DNA of 64,000 bases, taken from Actinomycetota bacterium. Lineage in GTDB: Bacteria > Actinomycetota > Actinomycetes > S36-B12 > UBA5976. The translations under genes were made by a program, and so were the position numbers. Below the pieces are notes generated by a model. The model was not told the DNA's origin. It saw only the letters and a program-made list of their open reading frames with translations, and did not search any database. The stretch spans positions 1,430 through 65,429 of the forward strand of contig JAPLAV010000047.1 in assembly GCA_026393095.1 (NCBI GenBank). Reading direction: 5' to 3'. Of this stretch, positions 56,446-64,000 are shown piece by piece (the first letter of the stretch is position 1; each line of letters opens with the position of its first letter).

Positions 56446-56687
56446 TGGTGAACTCCTCAGTAGTTAATGGGGCAAGTCTTTCACTTATTTGTGGAGTTTC
56501 ATATTGTGCAACGATTAATTCTTGCTTAGTTAATTGTGAAGGTTTTCCTCCACCCACGACACACCTTCCAAGCTCAGACACGCCGTGGTGAACTTCTGGT
56601 TAAGTTCTCATTAAGGCTTTGACCTGCGAAAACGTCACTTGCGTAACTCCTGAAACACCTTTAACGCAACTTGCGGTGCCCCGGTGG

Positions 56688-56716
56688 TTGCAAATGTCGG
56701 ATCAAAGTACTAATGT
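56688..56716 (+). promoter_or_regulatory. Candidate sigma-70-type promoter of the nrdR-nrdJ operon
   Basis: TTGCAA (56688-93), a 17-nt spacer, then TAATGT (56711-16). It lies about 160 nt upstream of the nrdR start. Confidence 0.45.
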
Positions 56717-56717
56717 T

Positions 56718-56733
56718 GCACTACATCTTGTGG
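56718..56733 (+). promoter_or_regulatory. NrdR-box-like palindrome overlapping the predicted transcription start
   Basis: gcACTACATCTTGTGg matches 12 of 16 positions of the NrdR box consensus acaCwAtATaTwgtgt (consensus recalled from memory). It begins 2 nt after the -10 hexamer. Confidence 0.4.
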
Positions 56734-56775
56734 TGGAAATGGCGGAAACGTCCATTAGTTGGGGTTAAACCCAAG

Positions 56776-56852
56776 TTATCCACAGCAGATGAGCCCAAAA
56801 GACGAAGGCTACAAGCCAGTTATCCACAGGGCGAAACCCACGGTTATCCACA
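56776..56852 (+). promoter_or_regulatory. Cluster of three perfect DnaA boxes (TTATCCACA) in the nrdR leader
   Basis: GTTATCCACA occurs three times in the same orientation, with the 9-mers at 56776-84, 56820-28 and 56844-52 (spacing 44 and 24 bp). All lie between the candidate promoter and the nrdR SD/start. Confidence 0.6.
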
Positions 56853-56875
56853 CCATATTTGATTGGAGCACGGCA

Positions 56876-57391
56876 TTGTTCTGTCCTTTTTGCCGTCACT
56901 CTGATTCAAGAGTGGTTGATTCCAGAGCAACAGATGACGGTTCAGCAATTAGACGTCGTCGTCAATGCCCTGAATGTGATCGCAGATTTACCACCATCGA
57001 AGTTGCAACATTAAGTGTTGTGAAAAGAAGTGGTGTGATTGAACCGTTTTCAAGAGCAAAAGTTGTTAATGGTTTAAGAAAAGCTTGCCAAGGAAGACCC
57101 GTCACAGATGATGACTTGGCATTGCTGGCACAAAAAGTAGAAGAAGCAGTACGCGCATCTGGTGCAGCAGCAGTTGATTCACATGAAGTAGGACTAGCAA
57201 CACTTGCTCCACTTCGTGAATTAGATGAAGTTGCTTATTTGCGTTTCGCAAGTGTGTATCGCTCTTACGAATCTTTAGAAGATTTCGAATCAGAGATTTC
57301 ACTACTTCGCACAGCTCGAGAACTCGGGGACGTTTCCGTCGCTATTGCCACTAAGGGTGACAAAAGTGTCGAGGACGGCTCGGAGAAATAA
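56876..57391 (+). CDS. nrdR: Transcriptional repressor NrdR
   Basis: I set the start at TTG 56876, 7 nt after GGAG, giving (M)[16 protein letters not shown]…[10 protein letters not shown] (zinc ribbon) plus an ATP-cone. The 39-codon upstream extension in the ORF track is the DnaA-box leader. Confidence 0.9.
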   Translation: MFCPFCRHSDSRVVDSRATDDGSAIRRRRQCPECDRRFTTIEVATLSVVKRSGVIEPFSRAKVVNGLRKACQGRPVTDDDLALLAQKVEEAVRASGAAAVDSHEVGLATLAPLRELDEVAYLRFASVYRSYESLEDFESEISLLRTARELGDVSVAIATKGDKSVEDGSEK

Positions 57392-57436
57392 GAGCAGTTA
57401 GAAAAATTCAAAACTAAAAAGAAAAAGGTAAAGAAA

Positions 57437-60235
57437 ATGACAGACATGATCAGCGGCGGCTTCAAATTAGGTCGCAAGCAAGCACGTGGCATTGGAATGC
57501 AACGCGTATTCACCAAAGAAGGTGTTCATCCTTATGACGATGTCAAATGGGAACGTCGCGACGTAGTTCAAAACAATTGGAAAACTGGTGAAGTTGTTTT
57601 CGAACAAAAAGGTGCAGAATTTCCTGACTTTTGGTCTGTTAATGCTTCAACCATTGTTACCACTAAATATTTTCGTGGCGCAGTAGGTGCTGATAATCGT
57701 GAATGGTCATTAAAACAATTAATTGATCGTGTAGTTCTTACTTACACAAAAGCTGGAAAAGTTGGCGGATACTTTGGGTCAGATAATGACGCAAAAGTAT
57801 TTGAAGAAGAATTAACTTACATGTTGCTACACCAAGTATTTTCTTTCAATTCACCAGTTTGGTTCAACGTTGGAACATCTGCACCACAACAAGTAAGCGC
57901 ATGCTTCATCTTGAGTGTGGAAGATTCCATTGATTCAATTCTTAACTGGTACAAAGAAGAAGGCGTAATTTTCAAAGGTGGATCAGGTGCTGGAGTTAAC
58001 CTTTCACGCATCCGTGGATCTCTTGAATTACTTTCTTCAGGTGGAACTGCTTCAGGTCCAGTTTCATTTATGCGTGGTGCTGATGCATCTGCAGGAACAA
58101 TCAAATCAGGTGGCGCAACAAGACGTGCGGCCAAAATGGTTGTACTTGATATTGATCATCCAGATGTTGAAGAATTTATCGATACCAAAGCTCGCGAAGA
58201 AGACAAAATTAGAGCGCTACGTGATGCAGGTTTTGATATGGATCTTGGTGGCAAAGACATCATTTCTGTGCAATACCAAAACGCAAATAACTCAGTAAGA
58301 GTTTCTGATGATTTCATGAAAGCTTATGAAAACAATCAAGACTTTAACTTGACTGCACGCGCAGATGGTCATGCTGTTAAAACTGTAAATGCTCGATCCC
58401 TATTCAGAAAACTTTCTGAAGCTGCATGGGGTTGTGCTGATCCTGGTATTCAATACGACACCACAATCAATGACTGGCACACCAGTCCAGAAACTGGTCG
58501 TATCAATGCATCTAACCCATGCTCTGAATACATGCATCTTGATAACTCAAGTTGTAACCTTGCATCTTTGAACTTAATGAAGTTCTTAAAAGATGATGAC
58601 ACTTTCGATGCTGACAAGTTCAAGAAAACAGTTGAATTTGTAATCACCGCTATGGAAATTTCAATCTCATTTGCAGATTTCCCAACACCAGCAATTGGTC
58701 AAACCACTAGAGATTTCCGTCAACTAGGAATTGGTTATGCAAACCTAGGTGCATTGTTAATGGCACTTGGTCTTGCTTATGACTCAGATGCAGGAAGAGC
58801 ATTAGCTGCATCAATTACCTCATTGATGACTGGTACTTCTTACAAGAGAAGTGCTGAAATTTCAGCAATCGTGGGACCTTACGTTGGTTACGCTCGCAAC
58901 GCTGATGCACACAAACGTGTAATTCGTAAACATGCTGCAGCAAATGATGCTGTAAAAATTGATAGCGAATTAGATCGTTCCGTTCACCAATTAGCAACAC
59001 AAGTTTGGCAAGAAGCAATCAAACTTGGTGAAGTTCACGGTTATAGAAACGCACAAGCAAGTGTGTTAGCTCCAACTGGAACCATTGGTTTGATGATGGA
59101 TTGTGACACCACCGGAATTGAACCAGATCTTGCATTGGTTAAATTCAAGAAAATGGTTGGTGGCGGTTCAATGCAAATTGTGAACCAAACAATTCCAAGA
59201 GCACTTCGTCGTCTTGGTTACACCGAAGAAACCGTGGAAGCAATTGTTGAACACATCGGTGAACACGGAAACATCATTGATGCTCCTGGTCTAAAACCAG
59301 AACATTACTCAGTCTTTGATTGTGCAATGGGAATTCGTTTCATTAGCCCAATGGGACACGTGAAAATGATGGCAGCAGCACAACCATTCTTATCTGGTGC
59401 AATTTCCAAAACCGTAAACATGCCATCAACTGCCACAGTTGAAGAAGTTGAAGATGTTTACTACCAAGGTTGGAAATATGGTTTGAAAGCTTTGGCAATC
59501 TATCGCGATAATTGCAAAGTTGGACAACCTCTAAGTGATGCAAGTAGTAAAGAAGAATCTTCTTCAACACCACAAGGAATTAGTTCTCTGCCAATTCGTC
59601 AACGTCTACCAAAATCACGCGCTGGAATGACAACCTCATTCTCAGTAGCCGGTGCTGAAGGTTACATGACAACTTCTGCTTATGCAGATGGTCGTTTAGG
59701 TGAAGTATTCCTAAAGATGAGCAAGCAAGGTTCAACTCTTGCTGGCATCATGGATGCATTCTCAATTGCTGTATCAATTGGCTTGCAATACGGTGTACCT
59801 CTTGATCAATACGTTCAAAAATTCACCAACATGAGATTTGAACCATCAGGAATGACCGATGATGAAGATGTGCGCATGGCTCAATCTGTAATGGATTACA
59901 TCTTCAGAAGATTAGCTCTGGATTACTTGCCAGAAGAACACAGAAGTGCATTAGGAATCTTTACTGCAGCAGAAAGAAAGAATGCAGTAAATGAGGCCTA
60001 CGCAACTCCTGCAGAAATCGAAGCAGTAGCAACAGATTTTGTGCCAACTACAACTCTTCCAGTGGTAGAAAAAACAAACAGTGCTGCTCCTGCTAGAAGT
60101 TCCATGGAAGTTTTGGAATCTCTAACTGGTTTGAAATCTGATGCACCACTGTGTATGACTTGTGGTGTGAAAATGAGAATGGCTGGATCATGCTTCGTCT
60201 GTGAAGGATGCGGTAACACCAGCGGTTGTTCATAA
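57437..60235 (+). CDS. nrdJ: Vitamin B12-dependent ribonucleotide reductase (class II)
   Basis: 932 aa. Active-site region NASNPCSEYMHLD. The C-terminal Cys-rich tail CMTCGVKMRMAGSCFVCEGCGNTSGCS is typical of actinobacterial NrdJ. Confidence 0.95.
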   Translation: MTDMISGGFKLGRKQARGIGMQRVFTKEGVHPYDDVKWERRDVVQNNWKTGEVVFEQKGAEFPDFWSVNASTIVTTKYFRGAVGADNREWSLKQLIDRVVLTYTKAGKVGGYFGSDNDAKVFEEELTYMLLHQVFSFNSPVWFNVGTSAPQQVSACFILSVEDSIDSILNWYKEEGVIFKGGSGAGVNLSRIRGSLELLSSGGTASGPVSFMRGADASAGTIKSGGATRRAAKMVVLDIDHPDVEEFIDTKAREEDKIRALRDAGFDMDLGGKDIISVQYQNANNSVRVSDDFMKAYENNQDFNLTARADGHAVKTVNARSLFRKLSEAAWGCADPGIQYDTTINDWHTSPETGRINASNPCSEYMHLDNSSCNLASLNLMKFLKDDDTFDADKFKKTVEFVITAMEISISFADFPTPAIGQTTRDFRQLGIGYANLGALLMALGLAYDSDAGRALAASITSLMTGTSYKRSAEISAIVGPYVGYARNADAHKRVIRKHAAANDAVKIDSELDRSVHQLATQVWQEAIKLGEVHGYRNAQASVLAPTGTIGLMMDCDTTGIEPDLALVKFKKMVGGGSMQIVNQTIPRALRRLGYTEETVEAIVEHIGEHGNIIDAPGLKPEHYSVFDCAMGIRFISPMGHVKMMAAAQPFLSGAISKTVNMPSTATVEEVEDVYYQGWKYGLKALAIYRDNCKVGQPLSDASSKEESSSTPQGISSLPIRQRLPKSRAGMTTSFSVAGAEGYMTTSAYADGRLGEVFLKMSKQGSTLAGIMDAFSIAVSIGLQYGVPLDQYVQKFTNMRFEPSGMTDDEDVRMAQSVMDYIFRRLALDYLPEEHRSALGIFTAAERKNAVNEAYATPAEIEAVATDFVPTTTLPVVEKTNSAAPARSSMEVLESLTGLKSDAPLCMTCGVKMRMAGSCFVCEGCGNTSGCS

Positions 60236-60256
60236 AACAAAAAAGTTAAAAACTAC

Positions 60257-60296
60257 TAAAGGCTGGGCGCAAATGCGCCCAGCCTTTAACTTTCTA
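60257..60296 (+). terminator. Intrinsic terminator after nrdJ
   Basis: A perfect 14-bp stem (taaaggctgggcgc / gcgcccagccttta) with loop aaat, followed by ACTTTCT. Confidence 0.8.
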
Positions 60297-60311
60297 CTAA
60301 GTTAGGAATCT

Positions 60312-61940
60312 ATGGGTGCAATCGACGTTAATGGCATTGCATACCGACTTCCCACCGGTCGACTTCTATTTGATGATGTTTCATTCAAAGTTGGCGAAGG
60401 AATAACTGCAGCCTTAATTGGTGACAATGGGGCAGGAAAATCAACACTTTTTAAAATTATTACTGGTGTTTTAAACGCTGATGAAGGTTCAACTTCAATT
60501 TCTGGTGGTCTTGGCGTTATGCCACAGCTTCTAACAGGGGCTGCAAAAAAAGTTGAAGAAAATGACACCGCCCTTGCATCCCTTGGTTTAAATGCCACAG
60601 TTGCAGATGCCTTAAAAGTAGTTTCCCCAAAAAGAGTTCAAGAAGCAATGAAACATGTGGAAGCTTGCGAATTAGCGATGATGGAAGATGAAAGTGAAGA
60701 TATTCAAATGAAATATGCCCACGCATTAGCAGAATATGCCGATGCGGGAGGTTATGACAATGAAATTTTGTGGGATGTTTGTTGCCAAGCAGCAGTTGGC
60801 ATGGAATATGAAAAATGTAAATTCCGAGAACTAAAAACTCTTTCTGGGGGACAAGCAAAAAGATTAATTTTAGAAGCACTATTGCGAGGACCTGATCAAG
60901 TTTTGCTTCTTGATGAACCAGATAACTATTTGGATGTTCCAGCAAAAAATTGGTTGGAAGATCAACTAAAAGAATCTTCTAAAACAATTCTTCTGATTAG
61001 CCACGATAGAACTCTTTTAACAAGAGCTGCTGATCGAATTATCACTATTGAAGGTGGCACTGCTTGGGTGCACGGTAAAGGTTTTGGAACTTACTACGAA
61101 GCAAGACAAGAACGCCATGACAGATTAGGTGAATTATTAAAGCGTTGGGAAGATGAACATCAAAGACTTAAAGACTTAGTTCAAACTTTGCACATGCAAA
61201 CTAAATCTTCTCCTGCCATGGCACCAAAATATCGAGCAATGCAATCCAGATTGAAACGTTTCGAAGAAGCAGGAGCTCCACAAGCACCACCCCCACCACA
61301 GAGATTAAAAATGAAACTTAAAGGTGGCAGAACTGCAGTAAGAGCTATTGTTTGTAAAGATTTGCAATTAACAGATTTAACAAAACCTTTTGATATGGAA
61401 TTGTTTTATGGCGAACGAGTAGCTTTCTTAGGTGGAAATGGAACTGGTAAATCTCACTTCTTAAGACTTCTAGGTGGAGACGAAACTGTTAGACACACAG
61501 GGGATTGGAAATTAGGTTCCAGAGTTGTTCCTGGTTGGTTTGCTCAAACTCATGATCATCCTGAGTGGAGTAGAAAGACTTTAACCGAAATTTTGTGGGA
61601 AGAAAAATCTTTACAAATTGGAGCAGCAGTTGGCACATTATCTAGATATGGATTAGGTGCTCAATCTGATCAATTGTTTTTAACTCTTTCTGGTGGACAA
61701 CAAGCAAGATTTCAAATTTGTTTACTTGAGCTTTCTGGGGCGACTTTGTTACTTTTAGATGAACCAACAGATAACTTAGACATAACAAGTAGTGAAGCCC
61801 TGGAAGCAGCTCTTGACGTTTTTGATGGCACAGTCTTGACTGTTACTCATGACAGGTGGTTTGTGCAGAATTTCGATCGCTTCTTTTTGTTAGATAAAGA
61901 GGGTAACGTTAAGGAAGTTCAAGAGCCAGTTTGGACCTAG
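60312..61940 (+). CDS. ABC-F family ATPase (no transmembrane domain)
   Basis: 542 aa. Two ABC cassettes (GDNGAGKST / LSGGQAKRL and GGNGTGKSH / LSGGQQARF) are separated by a charged linker. Confidence 0.9.
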   Translation: MGAIDVNGIAYRLPTGRLLFDDVSFKVGEGITAALIGDNGAGKSTLFKIITGVLNADEGSTSISGGLGVMPQLLTGAAKKVEENDTALASLGLNATVADALKVVSPKRVQEAMKHVEACELAMMEDESEDIQMKYAHALAEYADAGGYDNEILWDVCCQAAVGMEYEKCKFRELKTLSGGQAKRLILEALLRGPDQVLLLDEPDNYLDVPAKNWLEDQLKESSKTILLISHDRTLLTRAADRIITIEGGTAWVHGKGFGTYYEARQERHDRLGELLKRWEDEHQRLKDLVQTLHMQTKSSPAMAPKYRAMQSRLKRFEEAGAPQAPPPPQRLKMKLKGGRTAVRAIVCKDLQLTDLTKPFDMELFYGERVAFLGGNGTGKSHFLRLLGGDETVRHTGDWKLGSRVVPGWFAQTHDHPEWSRKTLTEILWEEKSLQIGAAVGTLSRYGLGAQSDQLFLTLSGGQQARFQICLLELSGATLLLLDEPTDNLDITSSEALEAALDVFDGTVLTVTHDRWFVQNFDRFFLLDKEGNVKEVQEPVWT

Positions 61941-61966
61941 CATGGACAATGGAATGGAAGAGATAA

Positions 61967-63208
61967 ATGAATAAAAATGAAGTTCATGCAATTGATGAAG
62001 TAAATTCACACGTATTTAGGGCGGGAGAATTACTTAAATTATCCAAAGATCTAATTAAAGCATTTTCTGCCTCTGAAAGAGAAGTTATAATTTCCATTCC
62101 ATTAAGAAGAGAATCTGGTGGCATTGATGTTTTAACTGGTTATCGAATTCAACATTCTTCAGCACGAGGTCCTCGAAAAGGTGGCATTAGATATCACCAA
62201 TCCGTTGATTTGGATGAAGTAAGAGCGTTAGCAAGTCTTATGACTTGGAAAACTGCATTGGTTGATGTGCCATTTGGTGGCGGTAAAGGTGGAGTAACGG
62301 TGGATCCAACCACATTAACTGTTAGAGAAAAAGAAGAAGTAACAAGAAGATGGACCAGAACAATGGTTAACATTCTTGGTCCTCATCGTGATGTTCCAGC
62401 TCCAGATATGGGTACAGATGCTCAAACCATGGCTTGGATTATGGATGAGTATCAAAGAATAAATGGATTTTCTCCAGCTGTAGTAACTGGAAAACCTCTT
62501 GGATTGTTTGGCGCTCCTGGTCGAGAAGAAGCAACAGGACGAGGCGTAATAGGTGTAACACTTGGTGCTTTAGAAAAACTTAAGAAAAATCCAAGTGACA
62601 TAAGAGTAGCCATTCAAGGATTTGGAAATGTAGGAGTATATGCAGCACTAGCGGCTCAAGAAGCTGGCATGAAAGTAGTTGGCTTGGCAGACATCACCGG
62701 TGGAAAAACCAATGAAAAAGGTTTCAATATCAAAGAGATTATTGGAAAATACAAAAAAGTTTCGGAAATCCCAGATGGTAAAGATGTATCAGGCGAAGAA
62801 ATATTGATTATGGATTGTGATTTATTAATTCCAGCAGCCCTTGGTGGAGTGATCAATGATTCAAATCATGAAAAAGTTCAAGCAAAAATCATTGTGGAGG
62901 GTGCAAACCAACCATTAACGCTTTCGGCAGATACTGCACTGCAAAAGCGTGGGGTAGTAGTCGTGCCGGATATTTTGGCAAACGCAGGAGGTGTGATGGG
63001 TTCTTATTTTGAATGGACGCAAAATATTCAAGAATTTATATGGCCAATCGAAAAATTCAGAAACGAACTCGACACTAGAATGAAGATTGCCTTTGATTCA
63101 ACGTGGGAAGCATCCCTTAAATATGGTTGCGATTTAAGAACAGCAGCTTTTGTGGTTTCAGTTGAACGTGTTGCCACAGCGTTTAAGCTTCGAGGAGATT
63201 TACTCTAA
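61967..63208 (+). CDS. gdhA: Glutamate dehydrogenase (Glu/Leu/Phe/Val dehydrogenase family)
   Basis: 413 aa. Catalytic Lys motif VPFGGGKGGV and dinucleotide motif QGFGNVG. Confidence 0.9.
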   Translation: MNKNEVHAIDEVNSHVFRAGELLKLSKDLIKAFSASEREVIISIPLRRESGGIDVLTGYRIQHSSARGPRKGGIRYHQSVDLDEVRALASLMTWKTALVDVPFGGGKGGVTVDPTTLTVREKEEVTRRWTRTMVNILGPHRDVPAPDMGTDAQTMAWIMDEYQRINGFSPAVVTGKPLGLFGAPGREEATGRGVIGVTLGALEKLKKNPSDIRVAIQGFGNVGVYAALAAQEAGMKVVGLADITGGKTNEKGFNIKEIIGKYKKVSEIPDGKDVSGEEILIMDCDLLIPAALGGVINDSNHEKVQAKIIVEGANQPLTLSADTALQKRGVVVVPDILANAGGVMGSYFEWTQNIQEFIWPIEKFRNELDTRMKIAFDSTWEASLKYGCDLRTAAFVVSVERVATAFKLRGDLL

Positions 63209-63288
63209 AGTCTGCGTTGAGGAATCAGCATTAAGACATCACCTTGGAGTCAAGGAAAGCTTTTAAAAATCAATTCGTAAAAATCGAA

Positions 63289-63702
63289 TTAACGAATTAA
63301 TCTAGCCCTAACTAATAGTAGATACATCTCGCAACCTAGACAGAAGTTAAATACCGCATTTAAGAATGCTGCGGCTAACGCAAAGGCTGTAGCGATGAGA
63401 AACACTGTTGGACTACCAATTGCCACACCAATTAATCCCACGACTCCAAAGATGAATCCAACTAATTGTGCAAATTGAGGAGGCTTAACGTTTTCTAATT
63501 CACCAACACCTTTAAGTCTTGGTTTAACTAAAGTCTTGAAAATGTAGCCGTATGGACTTTTGTGCGGTCCAGCAAATGCTCCCATTGCCCAAACTAAAGT
63601 TTGGATTGCAAGCAGAATTGGGCTATCAAAGTAGATGACAAGTAATAAGACAACCAGTGTTATAGCAGCACCAAATCTAGGACCTCGGGCATCAATTTGC
63701 AT
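63289..63702 (-). CDS. DUF4395-like membrane protein
   Basis: 137 aa. N-terminal IDARGPRFGAA followed by four TM helices and a C-terminal CxxC (FCLGC). 11-nt overlap with the upstream thioredoxin-like gene. Confidence 0.6.
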   Translation of the reverse strand: MQIDARGPRFGAAITLVVLLLVIYFDSPILLAIQTLVWAMGAFAGPHKSPYGYIFKTLVKPRLKGVGELENVKPPQFAQLVGFIFGVVGLIGVAIGSPTVFLIATAFALAAAFLNAVFNFCLGCEMYLLLVRARLIR

Positions 63703-64000
63703 TTGTTTTCTCCATTTTTATAGTTGTGATTTTTTCTAGAGTATTTCGTAATTGGTCTCTTTTTGGAGCACCAATAATTCTGCCTTCCTCTAAACCTGAC
63801 TCGTTGAAAAACAAAACAGTTGGAGAGCTTTTAACGTGGAGTTTCTTGGCAAGTTCAATTCTTTCCACAGCGTCTATTTCGTAGAAGGAAATATCCTTAT
63901 CGTTTTTAATCAGTTCATTAATTTGTCTTTTAACTCCAGGACAGATTGAGCAATATTCTGTTTTGAATTGCAAAATTGTGGCTTTCTTACCTAATTCATG
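63692..64000 (-). CDS. Thioredoxin/glutaredoxin-like protein (5' end probably outside the window)
   Basis: CxxC motif EYCSICPG preceded by the beta-strand ATILQF. The reading frame stays open to the window edge, so the TTG at 63973 in the ORF track is probably not the true start. Confidence 0.6.
   Translation of the reverse strand, partial: HELGKKATILQFKTEYCSICPGVKRQINELIKNDKDISFYEIDAVERIELAKKLHVKSSPTVLFFNESGLEEGRIIGAPKRDQLRNTLEKITTIKMEKTNAN

Noticed and set aside
56446-56687. A c-di-AMP (ydaO) riboswitch upstream of the lipoprotein gene.
   Set aside because: I compared the minus-strand sequence with the ydaO core elements I remember (ACGGGG, GGUGAAUC, CCCGA…AGCUAACCUCGUAAGCG). None is present in the right order.
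56759-56875. The 39-codon N-terminal extension of the NrdR ORF in the six-frame track ([39 protein letters not shown]…).
   Set aside because: NrdR proteins begin at the zinc ribbon (M-x-CPFC). A TTG at 56876 with GGAG 7 nt upstream gives exactly that. The upstream stretch is the DnaA-box leader, and the repeated VIH tripeptides are just translated TTATCCACA boxes.
56776-57436. The DnaA-box cluster as the chromosomal replication origin.
   Set aside because: There is no dnaA, dnaN, recF or gyrB nearby, only three boxes are present, and they sit inside a transcribed leader of nrdR. The AT-rich nrdR-nrdJ spacer is only 45 nt. Actinobacterial oriC normally lies between dnaA and dnaN.
1-64000. Mobile elements, prophage remnants, CRISPR arrays, and tRNA/rRNA genes.
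   Set aside because: No ORF resembles a transposase, integrase, recombinase or Cas protein. I saw no regularly spaced direct repeats, and no intergenic region has tRNA-like T-loop (GGTTCGAATCC-type) or rRNA-like sequence. This was a visual scan, so small or degenerate elements could have been missed.

Overview
This 64-kb window is a gene-dense chromosomal segment of an AT-rich actinobacterium. I call 59 protein-coding genes, one cut by the window end. I found no rRNA or tRNA genes and no transposase, integrase, phage or CRISPR signatures. Gene order follows conserved actinobacterial core neighbourhoods: glnA2-glnE ... glnA1 - DUF4191 - lipA - lipB ... dlaT/sucB - lpd - pepA - gcvT; DUF3043 - glycerate kinase - HesB/ErpA - adenosine kinase ... 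ctaC-ctaD-ctaF; nrdR-nrdJ. The sequence is far more AT-rich than classical Actinobacteria and many genes overlap by 1-4 nt. By inference this fits a streamlined freshwater acI/Nanopelagicales-type lineage. The stand-out element is a 256-aa seven-helix retinal-protein gene at 17555-18325 (-) that I recognise as a heliorhodopsin (Schiff-base Lys241, Glu107 counterion, His23/His80, N-terminus-in topology). It lies 108 bp downstream of the adenylylatable glutamine synthetase glnA1 on the same strand. It also sits at the edge of a ~12.7-kb block that splits the otherwise conserved glnE/glnA1 pair. Four groups of non-coding features are also supported. (1) A full GlnR-type box lies upstream of glnA1. 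(2) A cobalamin riboswitch drives a five-gene ECF importer operon that includes two uncharacterised accessory proteins. (3) Three perfect same-orientation DnaA boxes (GTTATCCACA) lie in the leader of the nrdR-nrdJ (B12-dependent ribonucleotide reductase) operon, together with a promoter and an NrdR-box-like palindrome. (4) There are several strong intrinsic terminators. All functional assignments come from motif and synteny recognition by eye; no database search or folding computation was possible.
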